A DNA stretch of 64,000 nt from Patescibacteria group bacterium (GTDB lineage Bacteria > Patescibacteriota > Patescibacteriia > UBA2591 > UBA6264): contig JAIPGN010000001.1 of NCBI GenBank assembly GCA_021735685.1, forward strand, positions 202,678-266,677. Reading direction: 5' to 3'. Shown here one piece after another: positions 1-10,105 of this stretch (its first letter is position 1; each line of letters starts with the position of its first letter). The position numbers were made by a program, and so were the translations under genes. The notes beneath the pieces are model-generated. The model searched no databases and was not told the DNA's origin. It saw only the letters and a program-made list of their open reading frames with translations.

Positions 1-2156
1 CTAAAAACCAATCAAAGTCACAAAATTGGATTGTCGCTATTGTTCTAATTACTTTAGCGATTGTTTTATTTTTAGGATTGTTAGATTCGGCTGGGTTAGT
101 TGGTAATTTTTTAGGACAAAGTTTAACTTTACTCTTTGGTTGGGCTAGCTGGATTTTACCGATTTTCTTCTTGCTTTTTGCTTATCTTTTCTTAAATTAT
201 TTTAAGATTCAAGAAAAAGGACGCAGTTTTAACGTTCGCTTAATTAGTTTAATTTTTTGTTTTTTAATTTGTAGTGCCATTTTTCACCTCTTTGTTTTAA
301 CTGATGCTGACGCCTTAACTAATCACAGAGGAGGAGGTTATGTTGGTTATGCTTTAACTTATTTTTTGGTTAATAGTTTTGGTTTTTGGGCTGCTTCTTT
401 GATTTTTGTTTGTATCTTTTTGGTCACTTTAATTATATCCCTAGAAGGGATTTTTAGTTTTAAGAAAAAAGAAAGCAAAAAAGAAGAGGAAATCGAAGAA
501 GAAGGTTCTGAACAGGAGTTACCTTTAAAAAAGACTAGAAGGTCTCGTTCTTCAAAAATTGGCAAAAAAATAGCCGGTTCTTGGAAAAAGGTTTCTCAAA
601 AAATAGATCAAGCTGATTCAGAGCTAGAGCAAGAATTATCAATTCCAGAAAAAGAATTGTCTTCAGATTCAAAGAAAGATGATCAATCAGGAATCAAGAT
701 TCCTTCTCCGCGTAAATTTTCTAAAGTTGATTTACCTTTAAATCTCTTAGAAGGGGATTCTACCCGAGCTCAAGGCGGAGACACAAAGGCCAATGCCTTG
801 ATTATTGAAAAGACATTGAAAAATTTTTCTATTCCTGTAGAAATGAGGGACGTCAAAGTGGGACCGACTGTCACTCAATATACTTTAAAGCCCGTCCAAG
901 GAGTAAAACTTTCTCAAATTACTAGTTTAGGCAATGATTTAGCTTTAGCTTTGGCAGCTCACCCTATTCGTATTGAGGCTCCGATTCCGGGGCAATCTTT
1001 AGTTGGGATTGAGGTTCCTAATCAGAAAACAGCCATTATTCGATTACGAGAAATTCTAAGTAGTAAGGCTTTTAAACAAAGATCTAATAATTTAACTTTA
1101 GGTTTAGGAAGAGATGTGGCTGGTGATATTCGTTTAGCAGATTTAGGGCGAATGCCTCATTTATTAGTGGCTGGATCTACAGGTTCAGGAAAAACTATCT
1201 TTTTAAATACTATTATTCTTAGCCTCCTTTATCAGAATTCAATTAATGATTTGAAATTTATTTTTGTAGACCCGAAAAGAGTAGAATTAACCCTTTACGA
1301 AGGTCTGCCTCATCTTTTAACTCCGGTAATTACTGATGTTACTAAAACTGTTAATGCCTTAAAATGGGCGGTAGGAGAAATGGATCGTCGTTTTGATGTG
1401 ATGGCTGAGGCTAAAAAAAGAGATATTGGTAGCTATAATAAGGCTCATCCAGATGAAAAAATGCCTTATATTGTGATTGTAATTGATGAGTTAGCGGATC
1501 TAATGGCTGTGGCTGCTCAAGATGTGGAGGCTTGTATTATTCGATTAGCGCAGATGGCACGGGCCACCGGCATTCATTTAGTGATGGCCACTCAAAGGCC
1601 TTCAGTTAATGTTATTACTGGTTTAATTAAGGCTAATATTACAGCTCGAGTTTCTTTTTCTGTGGTTTCTTCGGCAGATTCTCGTACTATTTTAGATTTT
1701 TCTGGAGCAGAAAAATTATTGGGTCGCGGAGATATGCTTTTCACTTATGCTGAACTTTCTAAACCAAAGAGATTACAAGGAGCTTATGTCTCTGACCAAG
1801 AGATTAAAAAAATTGTCAATTATTTAAAAGAAGTCGCTGAGCCAGAATATGAAGAAGGGGTAGTAGAGTCTCAATCTCGTTCTATTGTTGATTCTCATTT
1901 TGGTGGAGACATGGAAGAAGAAGATGAGCTAATGCCTCAAGCTCGAGAAATGATTATTCGGGCAGGAAAAGCTTCTGCTTCTTTTTTGCAAAGAAGATTA
2001 AGAATTGGTTATGCTCGGGCGGCGCGCATTTTAGATTATTTAGAAGAAGAGGGGACTATTGGACCTTCACAAGGATCTAAAGCCAGGGAAGTTTTTAAAA
2101 AACCTTATGAAGAAGACGGAGAAGCAGAAGAGCGAACTTATGATAATGATCTCTAG
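1..2156 (+). CDS. ftsK: DNA translocase FtsK/SpoIIIE (5' partial; the frame is open to the window start, and the first in-frame ATG is at 78)
   Basis: Walker A GSTGSGKT and Walker B VIVIDELADLM are present, with the FtsK alpha/beta/gamma domain order and a C-terminal winged-helix gamma domain. The frame is open upstream of 78 and encodes hydrophobic N-terminal TM segments. Confidence 0.9.
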   Translation, partial: KNQSKSQNWIVAIVLITLAIVLFLGLLDSAGLVGNFLGQSLTLLFGWASWILPIFFLLFAYLFLNYFKIQEKGRSFNVRLISLIFCFLICSAIFHLFVLTDADALTNHRGGGYVGYALTYFLVNSFGFWAASLIFVCIFLVTLIISLEGIFSFKKKESKKEEEIEEEGSEQELPLKKTRRSRSSKIGKKIAGSWKKVSQKIDQADSELEQELSIPEKELSSDSKKDDQSGIKIPSPRKFSKVDLPLNLLEGDSTRAQGGDTKANALIIEKTLKNFSIPVEMRDVKVGPTVTQYTLKPVQGVKLSQITSLGNDLALALAAHPIRIEAPIPGQSLVGIEVPNQKTAIIRLREILSSKAFKQRSNNLTLGLGRDVAGDIRLADLGRMPHLLVAGSTGSGKTIFLNTIILSLLYQNSINDLKFIFVDPKRVELTLYEGLPHLLTPVITDVTKTVNALKWAVGEMDRRFDVMAEAKKRDIGSYNKAHPDEKMPYIVIVIDELADLMAVAAQDVEACIIRLAQMARATGIHLVMATQRPSVNVITGLIKANITARVSFSVVSSADSRTILDFSGAEKLLGRGDMLFTYAELSKPKRLQGAYVSDQEIKKIVNYLKEVAEPEYEEGVVESQSRSIVDSHFGGDMEEEDELMPQAREMIIRAGKASASFLQRRLRIGYARAARILDYLEEEGTIGPSQGSKAREVFKKPYEEDGEAEERTYDNDL

Positions 2157-2235
2157 TTACAGAACCAAACGGATTAATAATTTAATACAAAATTCCAATT
2201 TTCAATTACCTTCAGTGCCCAATTAACCATCCTCT

Positions 2236-2886
2236 ATGTTTTTATCAAAATCAATTGCACAAAATACTATTGGCAGCATCCTAAAAGAAGCTCGCCAGAA
2301 GAATAAATGGACCTTAAAGCAAGCTGAAAGAAAAACTGGCATTGCTCAAAAATATTTAGAATGTTTAGAGGCCGATGATTTTTATAAATTACCGGGGACT
2401 ACTTATACCCGCGGTTTTTTAGAAAGATATGCTGAATTTTTAAAACTTAAGCCAGAGGTTATTATTGAAAGGTGGCGAAAAGAATTTAGCCAAGCTACTA
2501 AACCGAAAGTTCCTGAAAAAATGGGGATTAAAAATAAGCCTCATACTTTTGCTGAAATTAGTGTTTATTTTGTTATTTTTGCGGTTTTGTTATTCCTGGT
2601 TTATCTTGGTCTTACTATTAGAGACACTCTTTTTACCTCTAATTTAGAAGTTTCTAGTCCGGCTGAAAATATCATTACTCAAGATTCTCATTTAACTATT
2701 GAAGGAAGCGCTGACCCAGGAGCTGATATTTTTATCAATGGCCAACTTTTAGAAAATGTTAGCGCGGACGGTACTTTTCAGCAAGAAATTAATTTATTTC
2801 CTGGCCTTAACGTTATTGAAGTGGCAGCCCAAAAGAAACATTCACAAAAAAAAATAGTGTCGCGTCAAGTGATTTTAGAAAAATAA
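2236..2886 (+). CDS. RodZ-like membrane protein with an N-terminal XRE-type HTH
   Basis: The N-terminus has an HTH (TLKQAERKTGIAQKYLECLE) followed by a single TM segment and an extracytoplasmic C-terminal domain, which is RodZ-like architecture. It sits between ftsK and recA. Confidence 0.5.
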   Translation: MFLSKSIAQNTIGSILKEARQKNKWTLKQAERKTGIAQKYLECLEADDFYKLPGTTYTRGFLERYAEFLKLKPEVIIERWRKEFSQATKPKVPEKMGIKNKPHTFAEISVYFVIFAVLLFLVYLGLTIRDTLFTSNLEVSSPAENIITQDSHLTIEGSADPGADIFINGQLLENVSADGTFQQEINLFPGLNVIEVAAQKKHSQKKIVSRQVILEK

Positions 2887-2901
2887 TATAATATAAAAAA
2901 T

Positions 2902-3954
2902 ATGGCTTCAAAAAAAACCAGCAAAAAAGTAGACAGTAAGCCAGAGGTTAAAAAAGAGCTTACTGATCGTCAAAAAGCCACGGAAGTGGCGATTAATCAA
3001 ATTAAAGAAAGGTTTGGCGAAGGTTCTATTATGATGCTTCGCGAGGCCAAAAAAATGGAAGTAGAGGCTATCTCTACTGGTTGTTTATCCTTGGATTTAG
3101 CTTTAGGGATTGGCGGTTTACCCCGCGGCAGAGTTATTGAGATTTTCGGTAAAGAAATGAGCGGAAAAAGCACTTTAGCTCTCCATGTTATTGCTGAGGC
3201 TCAGAAAAAAGGCGGAGTAGCCGCTTTTGTTGATGCTGAGCATGCTTTGGACCCAGAATATGCTAAAAGAATCGGGGTAAAAGTCAATGATTTATTGATT
3301 TCCCAGCCGGATACGGGAGAGCAAGCCTTAGAAATAGTAGAAACTCTAGTGCGTTCTAATGGAATAGATGTAATTGTAATAGATTCTGTAGCGGCCTTAA
3401 CTCCGAAAAAAGAAATTGAGGGCGAAATGGGAGATTCGCACATGGGCTTACAGGCTCGTTTAATGAGTCAGGCCTTGCGCAAGCTAACCGCCATTGTGAG
3501 CAAGAGTAAGGCTTCGGTGATCTTCATTAATCAAGTAAGAATGAAGATTGGTGTATTTTTTGGTAATCCGGAAACCACTACTGGAGGATTAGCCCTTAAA
3601 TTCTACTCTTCAGTAAGGGTGGAGTTAAAACGTTTGGCTCAAATTAAAAAGAAAGATGATGTAATTGGTAATAAGGTTAAGGCTAAGATTGCTAAAAATA
3701 AGGTAGCTCCTCCTTTCAAGACTTGTGAGTTTGAAATTATGTATAATCAAGGAATTTCTTGGGAAGGGGACTTATTGAACTTAGGAGCTAAATATGATTT
3801 AGTTAAAAAATCTGGTAATACCCTTAGTTATGAAGAAACTAAACTTGGCGTAGGTTGGGAAAATTCTAAGCAAGCCTTGCGTGATAATCCCAAATTAGCT
3901 AAAGAACTGAAAAAGAAAATCCTAAAAGCGATCAAAGAAGAACAAAAATCCTAA
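2902..3954 (+). CDS. recA: Recombinase RecA
   Basis: P-loop GKEMSGKST is present and the RecA core ([13 protein letters not shown]...IVIDSVAAL...) shows full-length colinearity. Confidence 0.95.
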   Translation: MASKKTSKKVDSKPEVKKELTDRQKATEVAINQIKERFGEGSIMMLREAKKMEVEAISTGCLSLDLALGIGGLPRGRVIEIFGKEMSGKSTLALHVIAEAQKKGGVAAFVDAEHALDPEYAKRIGVKVNDLLISQPDTGEQALEIVETLVRSNGIDVIVIDSVAALTPKKEIEGEMGDSHMGLQARLMSQALRKLTAIVSKSKASVIFINQVRMKIGVFFGNPETTTGGLALKFYSSVRVELKRLAQIKKKDDVIGNKVKAKIAKNKVAPPFKTCEFEIMYNQGISWEGDLLNLGAKYDLVKKSGNTLSYEETKLGVGWENSKQALRDNPKLAKELKKKILKAIKEEQKS

Positions 3955-3960
3955 AAAAAT

Positions 3961-4037
3961 ATGTACGAGGTTCGACCTCGTACATTTGCCCCTAAAACGT
4001 CTCAACCATGCTATGTACGAGGTTCGACCTCGTACAT
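3961..4037 (-). repeat. Paired-palindrome repeat element, family P1 (two 25-bp perfect palindromes ATGTACGAGGT-CGA-ACCTCGTACAT separated by a 27-bp spacer), inverted copy
   Basis: Palindromes occupy 3961-3985 and 4013-4037. The loop reads TTCGA, the reverse complement of the TCGAA loop in the copies at 47115 and 47808. The spacer is the reverse complement of the spacer in those copies. Confidence 0.75.
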
Positions 4038-4060
4038 GGATAGTAGATAAAATAAAAAAA

Positions 4061-4093
4061 TTGCGGAGAAATTATTCTTCGCAATTTTTCTTT
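4061..4093. terminator. Stem-loop plus T-run between convergent recA and the wzz-like gene (candidate intrinsic terminator)
   Basis: TTGCGGAGAA-atta-TTCTTCGCAA hairpin (one mismatch) followed by TTTTTCTTT. It lies in a convergent intergenic region. Confidence 0.45.
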
Positions 4094-4112
4094 ATTCTAT
4101 TGTTTTTTGATA

Positions 4113-5126
4113 CTAATAATTAGTTTTTTTAACTTTCAGTTTTTCGATCGGGTCTTCCTTAAAATATTCTGCCCCAAAAGCATAAAGAATTCCTAAAAAT
4201 ATTCCCAGAATGCCAGCAATGATAACATTTTGCTTTCGGTTTGGAGAAATTCTGGTTTCAGGAGCTGTGGCTGGAACTTCAACTTCTGTGGGTTTGGTTT
4301 GATAAACCCTCTCGTATTTTTTAGATTGAATTTGTTGTTCTAGGTTAACTAGTTTATGTTCCAAATTCAGTAGTTGAGATTCTTTGCTTTCTTTTTGGTT
4401 TTTGACTGTGGCTAAAAGATCAATATAGCTTTCGGCAATGCGGCCTTGGCCATCGCTGTAAGCGGCCGAACGGTTATTAATTTCTCTTTGATAATTTTCA
4501 ATATCGCTTTCTAGGCGAGTAATTTCTTCGTTAGTTTTAGTAATATTTTTTTCTGTTTTTTCTTTTTCGCTTACAATGGTAGCTAACTCGGTTTCGTAAT
4601 TTTTTTCTGCTTCACTAAAGATATTGTTGTGATAGGTAAGGAGAATGTCTGAGACTGCTTGCACCACGGTTACTGCTTGTTCTGGAGTATGAGCCCTTCC
4701 TTGAATTTCAATAAATTTAGAAAACTTGTCTTGGTTTTCGCCATTTTCATTTTCTTTGATGTCAAACATTTGAGCTACTTGATTAGTGGTGGCTCCTTCT
4801 GATAATGCTAAAGGTTCCTTAATTTTGTTTTTAACTTGTTGGAGAACGGTTTCTCGAGAAAAAACAGAGTTGATAGTATTAAGGCTTTGAATGGGATCTC
4901 CTTTAATTTTTCCGACTTCAATTAAGTTGCTAGCCTGAAAAACAGGAGTTATTAGAAGACTGATGATAATACTAAAGATTACAATCCCTCCAAAAATACT
5001 GGCAATTTGCCATTTTCTCTTGCAAAGGACTTTAATATAATCTCGTAAGTCAATTTCATCTTCTTCTGAATAATGATGTTCTTCTAAGATTTTTTCTTCT
5101 TGGCTTTGATATTCGTTGTTTTCCAT
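4113..5126 (-). CDS. Polysaccharide co-polymerase / chain-length determinant (Wzz-like)
   Basis: N-terminal Wzz-type motif (IDLRDYIKVLCKRKWQI followed by a TM), a long coiled-coil periplasmic region and a C-terminal TM (IIAGILGIFLGILYAFGAEYF). Confidence 0.55.
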   Translation of the reverse strand: MENNEYQSQEEKILEEHHYSEEDEIDLRDYIKVLCKRKWQIASIFGGIVIFSIIISLLITPVFQASNLIEVGKIKGDPIQSLNTINSVFSRETVLQQVKNKIKEPLALSEGATTNQVAQMFDIKENENGENQDKFSKFIEIQGRAHTPEQAVTVVQAVSDILLTYHNNIFSEAEKNYETELATIVSEKEKTEKNITKTNEEITRLESDIENYQREINNRSAAYSDGQGRIAESYIDLLATVKNQKESKESQLLNLEHKLVNLEQQIQSKKYERVYQTKPTEVEVPATAPETRISPNRKQNVIIAGILGIFLGILYAFGAEYFKEDPIEKLKVKKTNY

Positions 5127-5149
5127 ATTATTTGTGTTTTAAATTTTAT

Positions 5150-5482
5150 TTAAAAATTGCGACGGGCGGCAAAATTAAATGCATAAAAATATTTTTGCCA
5201 CAATTGGTCGGAAGATTCAAATTGATTATTAAATTGGAAGTAATCTATTAAGGCCTCCCGCAATCGAGTTAATTCTTTTAATCGTTTTTTATTTTTAAAA
5301 TCTTGAATGGTAAGACTTAAGAGCTCTAGCCCACGCACAAAGGCTTTTTCGCTATAATCATTCTTATTTTTATTTTTCCAGTTAATCGTTCTTTCTATTT
5401 CACTGCCAACATTAGCCATTTGTTCTATGAAAGGAATTTTTTCCCAGCGGCCGGAAGCTAAACTTTGGTGTTGTGGCTTCAT
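5150..5482 (-). CDS. Hypothetical helical protein (possibly HEPN or four-helix-bundle-like)
   Basis: Real ORF of 110 aa. Its ATG overlaps (ATGA) the stop of a frameshifted upstream reading frame. No diagnostic motif was recognised. Confidence 0.35.
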   Translation of the reverse strand: MKPQHQSLASGRWEKIPFIEQMANVGSEIERTINWKNKNKNDYSEKAFVRGLELLSLTIQDFKNKKRLKELTRLREALIDYFQFNNQFESSDQLWQKYFYAFNFAARRNF

Positions 5483-5757
5483 TTTTCAATAATATTATTT
5501 ACTATTTCAATAATTGATTTTTGAATTTGAGAATCATTTACTCCTCGGCTTCTATTTCCCTGAGATGGCCGGAAGTTAATCATAGAGTCAAATTCAATCA
5601 TTTTCTGGCCTTGGTCATATGGATAGATATTTATTCCCCAAAGATTGTTTTGCTTTGACCCATTTTCTGCAATTCTTGAATTGATATTTTGTCTTTAATA
5701 ATTTTCATAAATTGATTTTGATTTCTTGATTTAATTTAACAAAAAAAGAGACTTTTG

Positions 5758-6465
5758 TCAATTTACGATTTGCCCATAAATTAAACCAAGATACTCGTGA
5801 ATAGCTAAATCTACGTTTCTTAAATTTTGAGCGCAAGGAAAAAAATCTAGGAGATCATATTTTTCTTTTTGAACTTTAAAATCAGCTGGAACTGGAAAAG
5901 GGGATAGACCTTGTTGGTGAAAAAGGAAAACCGAACGAGGGAGATGATAGGCAGAAGTGATTAAATAAAAGCATTGATCTTTTAGTATTTCTTTCAAATT
6001 TTGTGCACTTTCTCCAGTAGTGCGTGATTTATTTTCTAAAATTATTTTATCAGGATCAAGGCCTTGACTGATTAGATGATTTTTTAATTTCAAGGCTTGG
6101 GTATCTTCGGGGTTTAAAAAGTATTGACCACTAACGATTATTTTTGTTTCTGGCTTAAGGTTAGCTATTCTTGTCGCTTCTGTGGCCCGCAGGCGGTCGC
6201 TTTCCGCTCCGCCCAGTAAAATTACAGCTTGAGTTATTTCTTTGGGCAGAGGCCCTTCTAGGGCCGAGAATTGATTTTCTAGGGGGGCGATAATAGTATC
6301 TGGAAAGGGAGTAATACTAAAGAGATAATAGATAATTAATCCTAAAATTAAAAGTCTAGTTCCTCTTTTTTTCTTTTTTAAAAGCAATAAAAACCCGAGA
6401 AGGGTAATTAAAAGGATAAAAACACTGGGTGTTAAAAATTGTTGAATAACTTTAAACCAAATCAT
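5758..6465 (-). CDS. DUF218 (YdcF/ElyC/SanA family) membrane-anchored protein
   Basis: N-terminal TM, then ILLGGAE...IVSGQ and a TSAYHLPRS motif that matches the DUF218 TSxYHMPR signature. Confidence 0.7.
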   Translation of the reverse strand: MIWFKVIQQFLTPSVFILLITLLGFLLLLKKKKRGTRLLILGLIIYYLFSITPFPDTIIAPLENQFSALEGPLPKEITQAVILLGGAESDRLRATEATRIANLKPETKIIVSGQYFLNPEDTQALKLKNHLISQGLDPDKIILENKSRTTGESAQNLKEILKDQCFYLITSAYHLPRSVFLFHQQGLSPFPVPADFKVQKEKYDLLDFFPCAQNLRNVDLAIHEYLGLIYGQIVN

Positions 6466-7064
6466 AATTTTTTTAAAATTTTATTTTTTATTTTAGAAAA
6501 TTGGTGCTGGTTAAGATTTATTTCCGGCACTTCTTTGGTTGTTTCTAAGATTTTTTTTAGTTCTTTAATAAAGTTTTCTTTTTTTTCTTTTTTTAAAAAA
6601 TTAAGATAAAATTTAAAATTAAAGTTTTGCCTCAGGAGACTAATGATGTCAATTTTATCTTTTTCTCCTTTAATAGAGCCGGATCTATTTTGAAAAGCAT
6701 ACTGTTTTAAAATCATTAATATTTCTATTTTTGGCAAAACAAATCCAGAGTAAAGAATGGTATTCTTTTCTATTTTCTCTATAGGAAGGCCGAGGTCAGA
6801 AAAAAAGGGAAGGTAGATGTCAATATCAGAATGATCAGTTTTGATTTCATATTTTTTCAATCTTTGATTTTTGATTAAATCGTGTTCTTGTTTTAATTTT
6901 TCTAACTCTTGGTAATCGCAAATAAAGTCAATATCTTTTGATTTTAATCCCTGAGTATAAAGAAAAACGGCCCATCCACCAATTAAAATAAAATGATGTT
7001 TTCTTTTTAACTCTTGGAGGAGTTGCCAACTTTTTTTAGTTATTAGGTCGTGATAAAAAGACAT
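6462..7064 (-). CDS. Nucleotidyltransferase-fold protein, AbiEii/DUF1814-like
   Basis: N-terminal ILIGGWAVFLYTQGLKSKDIDF resembles the AbiEii GGTAL...R.S.DID motif. There is a 4-nt ATGA overlap with the downstream DUF218 gene and a 2-nt gap from the upstream HTH gene. Confidence 0.45.
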   Translation of the reverse strand: MSFYHDLITKKSWQLLQELKRKHHFILIGGWAVFLYTQGLKSKDIDFICDYQELEKLKQEHDLIKNQRLKKYEIKTDHSDIDIYLPFFSDLGLPIEKIEKNTILYSGFVLPKIEILMILKQYAFQNRSGSIKGEKDKIDIISLLRQNFNFKFYLNFLKKEKKENFIKELKKILETTKEVPEINLNQHQFSKIKNKILKKL

Positions 7065-7066
7065 TT

Positions 7067-7657
7067 TTAATTATTAATTTTACTCTTTAAGGCTTCTAGA
7101 AAGTCTTGCGCATACCATTCTTCAGCATTCCAAAGATCAGCAAAGGTTTGACCCCAGGTTGTAATTTTGCCGTAAGAGGGGAGAAAATCATCTGCTTTAA
7201 GAACAATAAGATTGGGATAGCCTTTTTTCTTAGGGAATCTTTTCTTTATTTTTTTCACTTCTTTTTCAAAGGCATAAATATAAATTTTATCATAATCAGC
7301 CGGTTGGTCAGAAAAATGTTGGTTGTAGGCAGCGTAAAGACCATAAATTATTTGAGGAGGCATTAGGGCTTCAATTTTTGAAGAAGGTAAATTTTCAACT
7401 CTAGTTTGATAAACAATGTCTTTCTTTAAATTTCGGTAAGTGCTCCAAAGGTAGAGAAGTTTTTCTTTATTTTTAATTCGGAAATTACGGCTAGTCACCT
7501 CAATTATTTTTAATTGACGAGGCGCTTTCAAGGCGTGAAAAATAGTGCTCAAGGAAACAGAAAACTTTTGAGCCAATTCTTTTTGAGTGAATTGTTCAAT
7601 TTTTTTTTCTATACTTTGATAAAGGATTTCTCTCCAAATAATTTCTTTTTTGTTCAT
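7067..7657 (-). CDS. HTH DNA-binding protein, AbiEi-like putative antitoxin/regulator
   Basis: N-terminal winged HTH (FTQKELAQKFSVSLSTIFHALK). It sits immediately upstream of the AbiEii-like gene in the same operon. Confidence 0.4.
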   Translation of the reverse strand: MNKKEIIWREILYQSIEKKIEQFTQKELAQKFSVSLSTIFHALKAPRQLKIIEVTSRNFRIKNKEKLLYLWSTYRNLKKDIVYQTRVENLPSSKIEALMPPQIIYGLYAAYNQHFSDQPADYDKIYIYAFEKEVKKIKKRFPKKKGYPNLIVLKADDFLPSYGKITTWGQTFADLWNAEEWYAQDFLEALKSKINN

Positions 7658-7667
7658 TTCGATTTTA

Positions 7668-7706
7668 TTTAAGAAAAATAAGCCTCATTTCGATAATAAT
7701 CGAAAT
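7668..7706 (-). terminator. Hairpin CTCATTTCGAT-aataat-ATCGAAATGAG followed by a T-run on the minus strand
   Basis: Perfect 11-bp inverted repeat at 7680-7706 with a T-run on the minus strand side (7668-7678), downstream of the NUDIX gene. Confidence 0.4.
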
Positions 7707-7772
7707 GAGTGCTTTTGTCAAGAAAATAATTGTGGATAATTAGGCCTGCCTGCTGATAGGCAGGGTCAATGA

Positions 7773-8207
7773 TTAAAACAATTCTTTTTTATGCTTTATT
7801 ACAAAATCTCTCTGCTCTTTAATCATCTTCTGAGGCATGTCTTTAAATACCTTGTATTTCTTGTTCTTGCTATTTAATGGGTTCTCATCTTTTGATCTCA
7901 CCAAGAAAGCAATGCCCACGGGTTGGTCAAAATATTCAGGAAAATCATATTCAATCACTCCGATCATTTTTTCAACTTCTATATCTTCTTCCATCTCTTC
8001 TTGAGCTAATCTTTTTACTGCTTTTTCCAGGTTTTCTCCTTTTAGCACGGTTCCCCCGGGAATATGCCATTTGCCAATAGCTGGGGGAATCTCTCTTTTA
8101 GTTAAAGCTATTCCTTTATTGGTTGATAAAATTACCTCAACGCAAAGTCGAGGCACTGTGGAATAGATCTTTTTATATTCTTTAAATGGTAGTTTTTTTA
8201 TTTTCAT
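7773..8207 (-). CDS. NUDIX hydrolase
   Basis: Nudix box-like GGTVLKGENLEKAVKRLAQEEMEED; size 144 aa. Confidence 0.6.
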   Translation of the reverse strand: MKIKKLPFKEYKKIYSTVPRLCVEVILSTNKGIALTKREIPPAIGKWHIPGGTVLKGENLEKAVKRLAQEEMEEDIEVEKMIGVIEYDFPEYFDQPVGIAFLVRSKDENPLNSKNKKYKVFKDMPQKMIKEQRDFVIKHKKELF

Positions 8208-10105
8208 TTTATTTCTAACAGTCCCTTTATTTTTTCTTTATTCATCTCTGATAAAGCTTGTTCAAATTCTTTTAAGATTATTTGAATATCGTCTCCATTT
8301 TTTTCTAAATGAGAGATAAATATTTTTTCATGCTTGGTTGGCGATTCTTTTTCAGTAATAATTTCTTCAAACAATTTTTCCCCCGGCCGAATGCCAGCAA
8401 AAACAATGGGAATGTCAATATCCGGCTTATAACCAGCCAAACGAATCATTTCTTTAGCTAAATCTAATATTTTTACTGGTTGACCCATATCCAGCACAAA
8501 AACCTCTCCATCTTGGCCAATGGCTCCAGCCTGCATAATCAAAAGACAAGCTTCAGCAGTAATCATAAAATATCTTTTCATTTCGGGGTCAGTCACTTCT
8601 ACGGGGCCTCCTTTTTCAATTTGTCTTTGGAAAATAGGGACGACACTGCCTTGACTGCCCAAAACATTACCAAATCTAACTGCGCAAAAACGAGTTGGAA
8701 TTTTTTGTGAGCGGGCTTTTTGATTAAGCCAAACGCAAACTTTTTCCGCCATTCTTTTGCTAGCCCCCATAATAGAAGTTGGATTAATAGCTTTATCTGT
8801 CGAGACCATAACAAATTTTTTGACTTTATGTTTCAAGGAAGCCTCTCCTGTATTAAGAGTTCCTAAAATATTGTTGCGCACGGCTTCATCAGGGTCGTCT
8901 TCCATCATCGGCACGTGCTTGTAGGCGGCCGCATGAAAAACTACATCTGGTTGGCATTTTTGAAAAAGGTGGTCAATTTTGTTCTGGTCACAGATATCAG
9001 CTAAAGCAAAGAATAAAGGATTTTCTGGAAAATTAGAATTTTTCCAAGCTTGATTAAGTTTCTTTTTTAGATAAAAAAGAGCGGTTTCTCTTTGATCTAA
9101 AGCAATTAATTGCCGGGGTTTAAATTTTAATATTTGTTCGCAAAGCACCGAGCCAATAGAGCCGGCTGCACCGGTCACTAAAATTCTTTTGTCGGTAACA
9201 TATTCTTTAATGGCTTGAGTATCTATTTGGACTGGCTCACGTCCCAATAAATCTTCAATAGATATCTCCCGTAGATTATTTAAACTGACTTTTTCTTCTA
9301 GAATTTCTTTAGTGCCGGGTAAGATTTTGATTTTCTTAATTTTAGCTTGCCGGGCTAATTCCACAGTCTTTCTAATGGTTGGGATAGGGGCAGAGGGCAT
9401 GGCAATAATTATTTCCGCAATTTCTCTTTGTTCAATGATTTCAGCTAATTGTTCAATAGTTCCTAAAACTTTAATTCCATGAATTAAAATTCCTTTTTTC
9501 ATCGGACTGTCATCAATAAAGCCTTCTAAAGAGTAGGGGGTCTGAGAATTAGCAATTAAATGCCGAGCTAATTTTTCTCCGGCTTCGCCGGCGCCAATAA
9601 TTAAAACTTTGTTTTTTTTGCCTTTTTCTTTTTTCCAGCTGTTTTTTAATCCGTGTAAATATATTCTTTTGGCAAAGCGCAAGCTGGCTGTAAAAAAGAA
9701 AGCCAAGGCTCCAGAAATAAAGACAATAGAACGGGGGAATCCTTTAAAAAGTTCATTTTCTTTTAAAACAAAAAGAATTGCTCCCAAAGAAGCAAATCCT
9801 AAAATTACAGCTCGTCCAACTTTCAAAATTTCGCGAATGCTAATAAAAGACCAAGAAATAGAATAAAGTCTTTCCAAAACAAAAAAGATAATAGTCAGAG
9901 GGACAGCCAAAGCAATGAATCCCTTAATCATTGTAAAGTATTCAGGCTTAATGTTTCCATCAAAACGAAGCAAAAATCCCAAAAAACAAGCTAAAGCAAT
10001 TAAAAGCACATCAAAGAACAGAAAGAAAGCCGTTCTTTTTAAGCTTGTTTTGTGAAATATCTTTTTTCTTGCTCCGTAGAATAATTTTGAATTATTTATT
10101 CTCAT
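8204..10105 (-). CDS. Membrane-anchored NDP-sugar 4,6-dehydratase/epimerase (CapD/PglF/WbpM family)
   Basis: Four N-terminal TM segments, two Rossmann sites (LIIGAGEAGEKLA and LVTGAAGSIGSVL) and a C-terminal polysaccharide-biosynthesis CapD-like domain. Confidence 0.85.
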   Translation of the reverse strand: MRINNSKLFYGARKKIFHKTSLKRTAFFLFFDVLLIALACFLGFLLRFDGNIKPEYFTMIKGFIALAVPLTIIFFVLERLYSISWSFISIREILKVGRAVILGFASLGAILFVLKENELFKGFPRSIVFISGALAFFFTASLRFAKRIYLHGLKNSWKKEKGKKNKVLIIGAGEAGEKLARHLIANSQTPYSLEGFIDDSPMKKGILIHGIKVLGTIEQLAEIIEQREIAEIIIAMPSAPIPTIRKTVELARQAKIKKIKILPGTKEILEEKVSLNNLREISIEDLLGREPVQIDTQAIKEYVTDKRILVTGAAGSIGSVLCEQILKFKPRQLIALDQRETALFYLKKKLNQAWKNSNFPENPLFFALADICDQNKIDHLFQKCQPDVVFHAAAYKHVPMMEDDPDEAVRNNILGTLNTGEASLKHKVKKFVMVSTDKAINPTSIMGASKRMAEKVCVWLNQKARSQKIPTRFCAVRFGNVLGSQGSVVPIFQRQIEKGGPVEVTDPEMKRYFMITAEACLLIMQAGAIGQDGEVFVLDMGQPVKILDLAKEMIRLAGYKPDIDIPIVFAGIRPGEKLFEEIITEKESPTKHEKIFISHLEKNGDDIQIILKEFEQALSEMNKEKIKGLLEIK

